A DNA stretch of 64,000 nucleotides from assembly GCA_025963725.1 (NCBI GenBank), contig JAOQAE010000002.1, positions 1,115,765 to 1,179,764 on the forward strand, written 5' to 3'. A program made the translations under genes and the position numbers. The stretch comes from Bacteroidota bacterium. GTDB taxonomy: Bacteria > Bacteroidota > Bacteroidia > 2-12-FULL-35-15. Of the stretch, positions 44,020-53,135 are shown one piece after another; position 1 is the stretch's first letter; the number at the start of each line of letters is the position of its first letter. The notes beneath the pieces are model-generated. The model was not told where the DNA came from, did no database searches, and saw nothing but the letters and a program-made list of their open reading frames with translations.

Positions 44020-45234
44020 ATGAACATCACCCGCTCCATTTTGCTGCCTTTTTGCTTTTTATTATTATTCATCCCTGGCTTCCGGGCTCAAACATGGACC
44101 TCGCTCACAAGCGGCACGAGCGCAAGCCTTATCGGTGTTTGTGCGATAAGCAAGGATACTGTTTACGTTGGAGGAGCCAACGGCAAGATCATGAAAACAA
44201 CCAATGGCGGAGTAACCTGGGTCACGCAGACTACGCCAACGGCACAAACCCTGTACGGAATGGATTTTATAAACGGGAATGTGGGATTTGCAGCCGGGGA
44301 TAATGGAGCGATAATTAAAACCAGCAACGGAGGAGCTACGTGGACCAGCGTTTCCGTTACATCCAGCTCCCTTCGTTCAGTGAGGTTCATCAGCAGCACA
44401 ACGGGATTCATTACCGGTGATGGCGGCCTCATCCTGAAAACCACCAATGGCGGTACCACCTGGAGTGTTTGCTCTACTGGAATTTCCGATCCTATTTATG
44501 CTGTTTGGTTTATAGACCCAACCAACGGCTATGCCTCCTCCTTCAGCGGGGATCTTTTAAAAACAACTAATGGTGGCAGTACCTGGACAGCAAGCGCTAC
44601 GGGGGTATCGTCACAGATGAACACTATTTATTTTACCGATCCCAGCACCGGTACTTTTGTTGGCGCCGGCGGTGTGATCAGAAGAACAACAGATGGAGGC
44701 GTGTCGTGGGCGACCGTTACAATGACTCCCTCAGGCGATTTTCTTCATTCGCACACCTTTGTTAATTCCACTACCGGCTTTATTACCGGGGGAAACATCG
44801 GATCGAATATTGGTGTTATTTTAAATACTGTTGATGGCGGCTTAACATGGTCCACTTACCATCCGGGAACTGCACGGTTATGCAATGTCGATTTTGTAAA
44901 TGCAAATACCGGTTATGCAGTAGGATTGAACGGAACTATTCTGAAGTATACTTCCCCTATTGGGATTTCAGAACAGTCAGCTACGGCAAAAACACTTGAT
45001 GTTTTCCCTAACCCTGCGAAGAGCAGCTTTACGATCAGCACCACCGGGCTTGAGCTGGAGGGAACTGTTTACTTCGAACTTTTTGATGTTGCGGGCAACC
45101 TTGTAAAGAAAGAAGAGCTTGTAAACATTTCAAACCTTACTATTGAAAGAGGCAGCCTGGATGCCGGGATCTATTTTTTCACGTTAAGCACTAACGGGAA
45201 AGTGGCAGGAACAGGCAAAATAATATTTGAATAA
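44020..45234 (+). CDS. BNR/Ycf48-like beta-propeller with a type-A T9SS C-terminal domain (paralog of 27152-28399), embedded in the nonulosonate cluster
   Basis: Repeated TTNGG(V/A/T/S)TW blades. The C-terminal part ...VILNTVDGGLTWSTYHPGTARLCNVDFVNANTGYAVGLNGTILKY is nearly colinear with the 27152 protein. CTD: FPNPAKSSFTI...GIYFFTL...GKIIFE. Confidence 0.8.
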   Translation: MNITRSILLPFCFLLLFIPGFRAQTWTSLTSGTSASLIGVCAISKDTVYVGGANGKIMKTTNGGVTWVTQTTPTAQTLYGMDFINGNVGFAAGDNGAIIKTSNGGATWTSVSVTSSSLRSVRFISSTTGFITGDGGLILKTTNGGTTWSVCSTGISDPIYAVWFIDPTNGYASSFSGDLLKTTNGGSTWTASATGVSSQMNTIYFTDPSTGTFVGAGGVIRRTTDGGVSWATVTMTPSGDFLHSHTFVNSTTGFITGGNIGSNIGVILNTVDGGLTWSTYHPGTARLCNVDFVNANTGYAVGLNGTILKYTSPIGISEQSATAKTLDVFPNPAKSSFTISTTGLELEGTVYFELFDVAGNLVKKEELVNISNLTIERGSLDAGIYFFTLSTNGKVAGTGKIIFE

Positions 45235-45253
45235 AAAGCCGTAAAGCTTTTGA

Positions 45254-45298
45254 ATGCTAAAAGGCCGGAGTTCTCACTTTGGCCTTTTAGCATTTTTT
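45254..45298 (+). terminator. Rho-independent terminator
   Basis: tgctaaaaggcc-ggagttctcacttt-ggccttttagca stem followed by tttttt. Confidence 0.75.
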
Positions 45299-45357
45299 AT
45301 GAGCTGTTTAAACTTATAATTTGAATATCTTTAGCCCAGCAAATATCTTTTGCCACA

Positions 45358-46839
45358 ATGGGGATCATAGAAAAACAAGCTACTAAAAATGCCATTTACT
45401 CTTACCTGGGGGCTGCACTGGGATTTATTACCGTGATGTGGCTCTCGCATCTGCTAAGCACGGCAGAGAATGGTGTTGTCCGCATTCTTATCTCCTATAC
45501 CGCACTGATGGCCCAATTTGCCAACCTCGGCTTTGTAGCGGTTACCATCCGCTTTTTCCCGTATTTCAGGAACAAGGACAAAGGGCATCACGGATTTTTA
45601 TTTTATGCGGTCATCATTTCGCTTATCGGCTTTCTTTTATGCTGGATAATATTCTTCTTTCTTAAGCCGTACCTGATCAGCTCCAATGAAGCCAAGTCCC
45701 CTCTTTTTGTAACGTACCTGTTTTACCTGATGCCCTTAACTTTTTTTACGGTCTTCTTCAATATATTCGACAGCTACCTGCGGGCCTGCTACAGCTCCGT
45801 AGCAGGATCTCTTACAAAAGAATTTCTCCAGCGCATATTGATCCTGCTGGTGCTCTGCCTTTATTTTTTCGGGCTGATCAACTTCCCGGCTTTTATGTTC
45901 TTATACATACTTTTCACATGCCTTCCCACGCTTATGCTTCTTTTTTATATCGTAAAACAGGGGGAATGGCATATAAGGCCTGTACGTGGGTTTATGAGCA
46001 AAAGCCTGAGGAAGGAAATGATAAAGCTGAGCCTCTACTCTATTTTAACAGGCGGCGCCGGAGCTATTGTATTGAATATAGACGCTGTGATGGTTACCCA
46101 GATGCTTGGTGAAAAAAAGACAGGGATCTATGGTATTGCTTTTTACTTTGGCGCTATCCTTTTAATACCGGCCCGCTCCATTTACCGCATCACCTCCAGT
46201 ATTGTTGCCGAGCATTTCAAGGTTTCCCGCTTCGGCGAGATCCACAAGCTTTACAAGCAAAGCTGTAACAGCCAGCTTGCGATCGGCATGCTGCTTTATA
46301 TTGGCATCTGGTCGAATATTGATAACATCATGCAGCTGCTGCCGCCTGAGTACGGGCCGGGAAAAAATGTGATCCTCATCCTGGGCGCGGGTTATCTTGT
46401 GGAGATGGCAACAGGGATTAACCAGGTGATCATCTCCAATTCCACTTATTATAAATACGATACCTATTTCGTTTTTATTCTCGTAGGCATTATCGTTCTT
46501 ATGAACTATATATTTATTCCGATATATGGGATCATTGGCTCTGCCATAGCCACCGCTATTACAGTAACAATTGGAAATTTCATGAGGTATCTGCTGCTCT
46601 ATATAAAATATCAGATGCAGCCCTACAACATGAATACATTGAAAATACTATTCGTTGGTATTGTCTCACTTCTGCCCGGCCTTTTCATTCCCTATCTTCA
46701 CAACCTTTACCTCGACATAGCTGTACGAAGCAGCATTGTGGGCGGAATATTCATCCTGCTGACCTTAAAGCTGGAGGCCGCACCTGAGCTGAACCAAAAG
46801 ATCAGGAAAAACTTAAGGCGCTTTTCTATTGAAATTTAA
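45358..46839 (+). CDS. Wzx-like oligosaccharide flippase (polysaccharide biosynthesis protein, MOP superfamily)
   Basis: 493 aa, hydrophobic throughout (about 12-14 TM segments), with an N-terminus typical of Wzx. It sits in a glycan cluster. Confidence 0.7.
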   Translation: MGIIEKQATKNAIYSYLGAALGFITVMWLSHLLSTAENGVVRILISYTALMAQFANLGFVAVTIRFFPYFRNKDKGHHGFLFYAVIISLIGFLLCWIIFFFLKPYLISSNEAKSPLFVTYLFYLMPLTFFTVFFNIFDSYLRACYSSVAGSLTKEFLQRILILLVLCLYFFGLINFPAFMFLYILFTCLPTLMLLFYIVKQGEWHIRPVRGFMSKSLRKEMIKLSLYSILTGGAGAIVLNIDAVMVTQMLGEKKTGIYGIAFYFGAILLIPARSIYRITSSIVAEHFKVSRFGEIHKLYKQSCNSQLAIGMLLYIGIWSNIDNIMQLLPPEYGPGKNVILILGAGYLVEMATGINQVIISNSTYYKYDTYFVFILVGIIVLMNYIFIPIYGIIGSAIATAITVTIGNFMRYLLLYIKYQMQPYNMNTLKILFVGIVSLLPGLFIPYLHNLYLDIAVRSSIVGGIFILLTLKLEAAPELNQKIRKNLRRFSIEI

Positions 46840-46853
46840 AGAAACGGGAGAAA

Positions 46854-49800
46854 TTATTTTACGACGGTCACTCTGCCAATGCGTTGCTGTTTGCCCTGCC
46901 TGCGGGTTGTAAAATCCGCTTTCCATACATACACATCCTGCTCCACAAGCCGCCCTTTATAAGTGCCATCCCAGCCTTTCAGTATGTCGTTTGATTCGAA
47001 GATCTTTTCGCCCCAGCGGTCGTAAACGCTCAATCTAAACTCGTTCAGTCCCACACCTTTGATCATGAACACATCATTATTACCGCTGCCGTTCGGTGTA
47101 AACGCATTGGGCGCAAAAAAAGTGGTTTCAAAAATTACACTGATCGTTGTTTCCGCAGTATCGCTGCATCCATTTGCAGATGTAACGATCTGCGTGATCG
47201 TATACACACCTTCGTTCTCATATACATGTGTGATGTCGGTCCAGCTGCAACCCGCATCCACAGCGCCATCTCCATAGTACAAAAAGCAGCTGCTACCGTC
47301 CTGCGAGCCGTTGAACACAGTAAGCACCGGATGCTCGCTATCTACGTTACCTGTTGTTGTAATAGCAGCCACAGGAGAAGGAAATACAGTTACATACGAG
47401 CCGGCAAGCAAGGTATCGGAGCAACCTGCAGCATTGGTTGTGATCAGCGTTACATTGTATGAGCCCGAATCGGCATACACATGCACAGGGTCCTGGAGCG
47501 TTGAGGTACTTCCGTCACCGAAATCCCAAAGGTAGCTTGCCGCATTTGTTGATTCATTCAGGAAGCTGACGCTGAGAGGGCCACAGCCGGAAGCATTTCC
47601 CGAAAGGATGGCCGAAGGCAGGGGAACTGAAACAAGCGTGAGTGATGCTGTATCCGTACAGCCGTTCACATCGGTGAGCAACACGCCCACCAGTGTATTT
47701 ACCGCGGAAGGGTTGATGCTGATAGAGGGAGTGCTATCACCATTCAACCACAAATAATTATATGGTGAAGTTCCGCCGGATGCATTAGCCGAATATCCCG
47801 CTGTGCTTCCCGCACAAATGAGCGTTGGCCCTGTAATGTTAACAGCAGGAACAGGGTTCACCTGCACCGTATACGTAACAGCTGCGCTACAGGCGCCATT
47901 GCTGCCTGTTACACTGTATGTTGTAGTTGAGGAAGGCGACACCGTTACCGATGATGCGGAGGATGTGATAGCGCCGCTCCAAATGTATGACGCTGCGCCG
48001 GAGGCCGTTAATGTGCTGCTTTGCCCGGCACATAGAATACTTGTACCCGATATGGAAAGCACAGGAAGCGTGTCCACCCTCACAGTTACAGAATCAACTG
48101 CGGAGCAGGAACCATTGTAGCCTGTTACAATATATTCTGTAGTTACCGCTGGTGAAACAGTTATGGCACTGGTGGTGGCACTGCTTCCGCCCGACCACTG
48201 GTAAGCGGCAGCACTGCCGGCGGTGAGCGTAACCGACTGGCCTTCGCATAGTGAATCGGTTCCTGCAATGCTTACTACCGGTATTGCCTGAACAAAGATC
48301 GCAAGTGTATCCGTATCCGAGCCGCATGCATTTACTGAGCCTGTTACATAATAAGTGGTGCTGGCAGCCGGCGAAACCGTGAGCGCTGCAGCTGTGGAGG
48401 AACTCCCGCCCGACCATTGATACGTGCTGCTTCCCGATGCTGATAAATTTACAGACTGACCGGAGCAGATACTGTCGTTGGAAGCTGTTACGCTGATGCT
48501 GACAAGCGTATCCACAATAACTGTAATCGTATCCGTATCGCTACCACAGCCGACGCTGGAGCTGCCTGCATAATAGGTGGTTGTTACCGCGGGACTTACC
48601 GTAATGCCTGCTGTTGAAGCTGTGGCGCCACCGGACCAGGTATAAGAAAGGCCGCCACTGGCGGTTAATGTTGTACTCTGCCCTGCACAAAGCAAGCTTG
48701 ACCCTGAAATAGTGATGCTGGGCGTGGTTTCCACAAATACCGTAATTGTATCCGTATCCACCGGACAGGCGTTCAGTGTGCCGGAAACATAATAAGCAGT
48801 AGTTGTTACCGGGTTAACGGTGATGGAAGCTGCGGTTGAAGAACTTCCCCCGCTCCATTGGTACACGGCGCTTCCTGAGGCGCTCAGAACGGTTGACTGC
48901 CCCGAGCAAATGCTGTCGTCACCCGCGCTTACGCTTACATTCACCGGCGAGTCCACCTGGATGGTGATCGTATCCGAATCCGTTCCACAGGCACCCAGGC
49001 CTGTTACATAATAAGTGGTAGTGGCTAATGGCGATACAGTTATAACGGAGGCTGTATCCGTATTGCTCCAGGTGTAGCCCGAGCCGCCAGTGGCAGTGAG
49101 CGTTACCGGCTGCCCGGCACAGATCGTGTCTGCAGTGGCCGCAACAGATACGCTTCCAGAAGCTGGAGCGCTTATATTTTCGCCATCGATCTGTTCGGGT
49201 AATGTGAACGTTACCGCGTTACCCGGACCGAATGAAGAAGCTGCGGTAGCGCCAACAATGTTGGTTGCAGCATTGGCATTGGGGTTGGAAATATAACGCA
49301 GCTGCGTATTATAGGTGGATGGTGCGAAATAAAGATATCCGTTGTAAGCCATCTCCAGCGTATGGCCTATTGCAATAGGCACGCTCAGCTTATCGGCAGC
49401 TGTCATCGTATAATTAACGCCGGCTGCAGGAACCTGGACATTATAAAGCTCCGCGGTGATTGCTGAAGTCCCGCCCCGGAATGCATATAAACGCTGGCCA
49501 TCGGGGGAGAACTCCACTTCTATTATATAATTCAGTGAGTTATTGATCCATCGCTCGTTCGAAAGAGCACCTGTCGACAGATCAAAATCGAAGATCACAA
49601 TATCCTTATTCACACTTCCTGAAGTATAATTTACAAAGGCAATGCGGTCCGACACCGGCGAGATCTCTATATCACCCTGTCCAAGTGAAGAATTGCCGGG
49701 AATAGAGATCGTATAGATCATTGTGGGCGCGGAAATACCTGCAGAAGTAATGGAAGACCTGTAAACATTAAGGTTTCCGGAAACGTATTTTACAAAAAAG

Positions 49801-50435
49801 AACCACCGGTTATTTAAGGAGCAATTCTTTACCGACACTGCCATTCCTTCATTCAGACTTCCGCTTAACAGAGTTGTGGGTGCGCTTATGGTACGCGTAT
49901 TCATATTTACTGTAACATAACGGATCTCGTCAACCGCATAGGTATTGATGCAGGACGTTTTATAAATCACATAATATTCGTTGAAAGCGCCGTCCTTTTT
50001 TATGATGTTCAGGTCTTTTGCGCTTGAGGCTCCGGTACCTGCGGGCAGGAGGACGGCAAACACCTCATCATTGCCGGTCACCGGGTCGGGAGCTACAAAG
50101 TACGTATTATCACTTGTGGAGCCGGAGTATGCAGAGGTACAGTTTGCGAAAACATAGAACAAAATATTCCCGGCAGAGTCGGTGGCGCTGTTCAGCGTTT
50201 CATTTACCCCGGCAGAAGAAATGCTGTTTACGCTTGCGCCTAATGTCCTTGGCACAAAAACAGGGCTTGTCCCGGTAAAGCCGGCCTCATAAAATCTCAG
50301 GGAACCCGCCGTTGAGGGATGCAGAGCCCCGGAAGAGCTAACCATCGGACTCCCCAGGATCCATTTTTTATTTTGTGCCTGCAATGCAACTGCCGGTATA
50401 AAGCAACAGAGCGCCAGGCATAGCCATTTACGCAT
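46854..50435 (-). CDS. Large surface protein: N-terminal propeller-like region, seven Ig-like Cys-containing repeats, a PKD domain, and a type-B T9SS (gliding-motility-associated) C-terminal domain
   Basis: Signal peptide MRKWLCLALCCFIPAVALQAQ. Repeats have the form (I/L)C(A/S/E)GQSxTLTASG..Y.WSGG...TTTYYVTG..C..DTDTITV. PKD: YLWDFGDGSTS...HVYADSGSYNVTL. C-terminus: FFAPNAFTPNGSGNNDVFMIKG...VYDRWGEKIFES...WDGTYKG. Confidence 0.85.
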   Translation of the reverse strand: MRKWLCLALCCFIPAVALQAQNKKWILGSPMVSSSGALHPSTAGSLRFYEAGFTGTSPVFVPRTLGASVNSISSAGVNETLNSATDSAGNILFYVFANCTSAYSGSTSDNTYFVAPDPVTGNDEVFAVLLPAGTGASSAKDLNIIKKDGAFNEYYVIYKTSCINTYAVDEIRYVTVNMNTRTISAPTTLLSGSLNEGMAVSVKNCSLNNRWFFFVKYVSGNLNVYRSSITSAGISAPTMIYTISIPGNSSLGQGDIEISPVSDRIAFVNYTSGSVNKDIVIFDFDLSTGALSNERWINNSLNYIIEVEFSPDGQRLYAFRGGTSAITAELYNVQVPAAGVNYTMTAADKLSVPIAIGHTLEMAYNGYLYFAPSTYNTQLRYISNPNANAATNIVGATAASSFGPGNAVTFTLPEQIDGENISAPASGSVSVAATADTICAGQPVTLTATGGSGYTWSNTDTASVITVSPLATTTYYVTGLGACGTDSDTITIQVDSPVNVSVSAGDDSICSGQSTVLSASGSAVYQWSGGSSSTAASITVNPVTTTAYYVSGTLNACPVDTDTITVFVETTPSITISGSSLLCAGQSTTLTASGGLSYTWSGGATASTAGITVSPAVTTTYYAGSSSVGCGSDTDTITVIVDTLVSISVTASNDSICSGQSVNLSASGSSTYQWSGGSSSTAAALTVSPAASTTYYVTGSVNACGSDTDTLAIFVQAIPVVSIAGTDSLCEGQSVTLTAGSAAAYQWSGGSSATTSAITVSPAVTTEYIVTGYNGSCSAVDSVTVRVDTLPVLSISGTSILCAGQSSTLTASGAASYIWSGAITSSASSVTVSPSSTTTYSVTGSNGACSAAVTYTVQVNPVPAVNITGPTLICAGSTAGYSANASGGTSPYNYLWLNGDSTPSISINPSAVNTLVGVLLTDVNGCTDTASLTLVSVPLPSAILSGNASGCGPLSVSFLNESTNAASYLWDFGDGSTSTLQDPVHVYADSGSYNVTLITTNAAGCSDTLLAGSYVTVFPSPVAAITTTGNVDSEHPVLTVFNGSQDGSSCFLYYGDGAVDAGCSWTDITHVYENEGVYTITQIVTSANGCSDTAETTISVIFETTFFAPNAFTPNGSGNNDVFMIKGVGLNEFRLSVYDRWGEKIFESNDILKGWDGTYKGRLVEQDVYVWKADFTTRRQGKQQRIGRVTVVK
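47600..49130 (-). repeat. Seven tandem intragenic repeats of about 215-225 bp (about 71-75 aa Ig-like modules) inside the adhesin gene
   Basis: The repeat starts ICAGQPVTL, ICSGQSTVL, LCAGQSTTL, ICSGQSVNL, LCEGQSVTL, LCAGQSSTL and ICAGSTAGY can be read in the translation. Boundaries are approximate. Confidence 0.7.
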
Positions 50436-52977
50436 TCGGCACGGTTTTATCCCTTTTCTGAGCCTCTCTCCATGCCATGAACAGGGAGATCCCTACAAAG
50501 GCAAACAGCAGCAGGCTGGATACAAGCGAGATCTTTTCCCCGGTGTAGTATTTTTTCGGCTCGAACTTAAACTCGATGGTATGCTTGCCCGCAGGAACAC
50601 GCATCGCACGCAATACCCAGTTGGCAGGGAAATAAGGCTTCTGCTCTCCATCCACATACACATTCCAGTCCTTGTAATAAATTTCCGAGAATACAGCGAG
50701 CTGCTCTGAAGCTGCATTCGATTCATATTTGAGGTCGTTCACTTTATAATCCACCAGCTTGATGGACGCCGAAGGATCAGGCTTCGGAGCAAAGCCTTCC
50801 AGCTCTTTTTTATAGCGCTCGTCCACCACAACCGTTCTTGCAGGATCGATCTCTCCTACCATTTCCAGTTCTTCATCCGCATTCTTTGCCATCTGCACAT
50901 CCTTTACGAACCATGCATTGCCCAAAGCATATCGGTTCTGAATAGGCGGCGCTTCCGGGCTGTAGATCAGGTAACGCATGTTCAGCATGTTCAGGACGCC
51001 CTGCTGTGCAAACGTTGCGCGTATAGACGAATCGGAAGGATTGTTGCGCAGCGTAGTAATGATGTCCTGCATGTTGTTATACAGCTGGTGCTCGATGAGC
51101 TCCTGGTAGCGGCGCAGCTTGGCAGCATGATACCCGCCTATTGATTTATGATAATATGACGTGCGTGCGCTGTTGAACGTTTCCTGCGGATTGCTGATAT
51201 CAAACACGCGGTAATTCGGGTCGGTGTCTTTCAATATCTCCTTGTCCGCAACTGTTTCCGGGAACGGATTCTTCGCTTCCTGCTTGCTGGTGAAATTTTT
51301 ATCGTTCAGGTAATTCTTATCCACGAGGGCAAGGTCGAGCAGGATGAACAGCCCCAGGCCCATTATCATCACTGTTCTGTTCAGCACCGTTTTGTTGTAA
51401 AGCCACACAACAACGGCCGCCAGCGTAATAAAGAAGAAGCTGCGGATCGCCTCCGATTTAAAGATGGCAGCGCGGGCCGCCTCAATATTTCTCATAAAAT
51501 TATCGGCAACATCACGTCCGTATTTCGTTGCGATCTGCTCATAGCCGTCATTCACCGATTCGAAGCTGGTGAGTCCCGGCATTAAATAATACAGCAGGGC
51601 AAGTCCGCCGGTGAGCGCAAAGGAGATAAAAAATGCGTTCTGCACCGTGATCTCCTTATTTGAAAATGCCAGCTTTATCTTTTGCTTGAAGAGTCCGGGT
51701 GTTTTTATCATTTTGTCCACAGCAAGCACAGCCAGGATCGGGATGGCCAGCTCGGCCAGCACAAGGATCATGGAAACCGCGCGGAACTTATTATAGCCCG
51801 GGAAGTAATCGAGGAAAAGGCTGGTAAGCCACATCATGTTCTTTCCCCATGCCAGCGCTATGGACAAGATCGTGATCACCACGAGCGCCCATTTCATGCG
51901 CCCTTCAACAATGAACAAGCCGAATACGAACAGGAATACAATGATGGCACCTGAATAGGGCGCCGCCGTGTTTGGCTGGTCACCCCAGTACTGCGCCATT
52001 CCACCCACGTTCTCGCGCATCTGTGCATCCACATCCTTCAATGCATTTTTATTTTCCCTCATAGGGATGCCGGAAGAAAGCCCTTTAAAACCGGGGATCA
52101 TCAGGGTCATTGTTTCCTCTTTCCCAAGGCTCCAGTGTGTTGCATAATCCTTGTCGACACCGGAGGTCTGGTTCTTCTCATCATCTTTCGCGGAAGTAAG
52201 CTCCGAAGGCCCGCGGATCGTATATTTAGCATAATCGTAAGTGCTCCAGAGGTTGGCAGTGTTACAGCCAACGGCAAGCACGATCGCCACGACGAACACG
52301 CCAAGGCTGATCATAATGTCCTTATATTGTTTCTGCTTAATGCGCGCCCACCACTCGAAAGCAACGTAGACCGCACAAAAGATCCCAAGATAATAAGCTA
52401 TCTGCGGGTGGTTGCATACCAGCTCCAGCGCAAAGAACAAAGCCGTGAGCGCACCGCCAACAAGGTATCTTCCCCTGCACACCAGGATCACACCCGCGAA
52501 TACAGGCGCCATATAGCCGATGGCAAGCGCCTGCGTATTGTGCCCCGCATCAATGATCAGGAAAAAGAAGGCCGAAAACCCGAAGCCGATCGCGCCGACG
52601 ATGCTCAGCCATTTATCCACCCTGAGCACCAGCAATAAGATAAAGAAGCCCAGCATATAGGAGAATACCATGTTGGCAGGCGTAGGAAAGCCCAGCATGA
52701 ACGCATTCCTAACATGCGTTACCAGGTTGGAAGGATAAGTGATCGCGATCTGGTAAGCCGGCATTCCGCCGAACATACCTGCCGTCCAAAGCGCCTCTTC
52801 ATGGTACGTGTTCCTGTAGTCCACCACATCTTTCGACATCCCCTTGTTCTGCACCATATCGCTCTGGCTGATCACTTTCCCTTTCAACAGGGGAGTAAAG
52901 TAGCCGAAGGTGAGCACAATGAAAATGACGATCGCCGAAACTACCGGCAAGAGGGATTTTAAATTAATATTTTTCAT
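50428..52977 (-). CDS. YfhO-like polytopic membrane protein (putative lipid-linked-sugar-dependent glycosyltransferase)
   Basis: 849 aa. The N-terminal two thirds is multi-TM, with ...ISQSDMVQNKG...EEALWTAGMFGGMPAYQ near the start, a soluble region, and a final TM. This architecture and motif resemble the YfhO family. 8-nt overlap with the downstream adhesin gene. Confidence 0.55.
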   Translation of the reverse strand: MKNINLKSLLPVVSAIVIFIVLTFGYFTPLLKGKVISQSDMVQNKGMSKDVVDYRNTYHEEALWTAGMFGGMPAYQIAITYPSNLVTHVRNAFMLGFPTPANMVFSYMLGFFILLLVLRVDKWLSIVGAIGFGFSAFFFLIIDAGHNTQALAIGYMAPVFAGVILVCRGRYLVGGALTALFFALELVCNHPQIAYYLGIFCAVYVAFEWWARIKQKQYKDIMISLGVFVVAIVLAVGCNTANLWSTYDYAKYTIRGPSELTSAKDDEKNQTSGVDKDYATHWSLGKEETMTLMIPGFKGLSSGIPMRENKNALKDVDAQMRENVGGMAQYWGDQPNTAAPYSGAIIVFLFVFGLFIVEGRMKWALVVITILSIALAWGKNMMWLTSLFLDYFPGYNKFRAVSMILVLAELAIPILAVLAVDKMIKTPGLFKQKIKLAFSNKEITVQNAFFISFALTGGLALLYYLMPGLTSFESVNDGYEQIATKYGRDVADNFMRNIEAARAAIFKSEAIRSFFFITLAAVVVWLYNKTVLNRTVMIMGLGLFILLDLALVDKNYLNDKNFTSKQEAKNPFPETVADKEILKDTDPNYRVFDISNPQETFNSARTSYYHKSIGGYHAAKLRRYQELIEHQLYNNMQDIITTLRNNPSDSSIRATFAQQGVLNMLNMRYLIYSPEAPPIQNRYALGNAWFVKDVQMAKNADEELEMVGEIDPARTVVVDERYKKELEGFAPKPDPSASIKLVDYKVNDLKYESNAASEQLAVFSEIYYKDWNVYVDGEQKPYFPANWVLRAMRVPAGKHTIEFKFEPKKYYTGEKISLVSSLLLFAFVGISLFMAWREAQKRDKTVPNA

Positions 52978-53013
52978 ACCGGATAATTTGTGTCCTTTGA
53001 TTTGTATAGCTTA

Positions 53014-53021
53014 CAAATATA
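53014..53021 (-). promoter_or_regulatory. Putative -7 box TATATTTG (minus strand) for the YfhO-adhesin operon
   Basis: TAnnTTTG match 36 nt upstream of the ATG at 52977. Confidence 0.4.
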
Positions 53022-53108
53022 ATCGAAAAAGGTTTTGCCGCATGATTTCTTTGCCGGCCGGGCCCGATTTTTAACCAGGGGCAATACCGCGCATCTGCAA
53101 TATTTCCT

Positions 53109-53116
53109 TATTTTTG
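53109..53116 (+). promoter_or_regulatory. Putative -7 box TATTTTTG
   Basis: TAnnTTTG match 19 nt upstream of the ATG at 53136. Confidence 0.4.
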
Positions 53117-53135
53117 CGGGCAACCTGATTCTACA

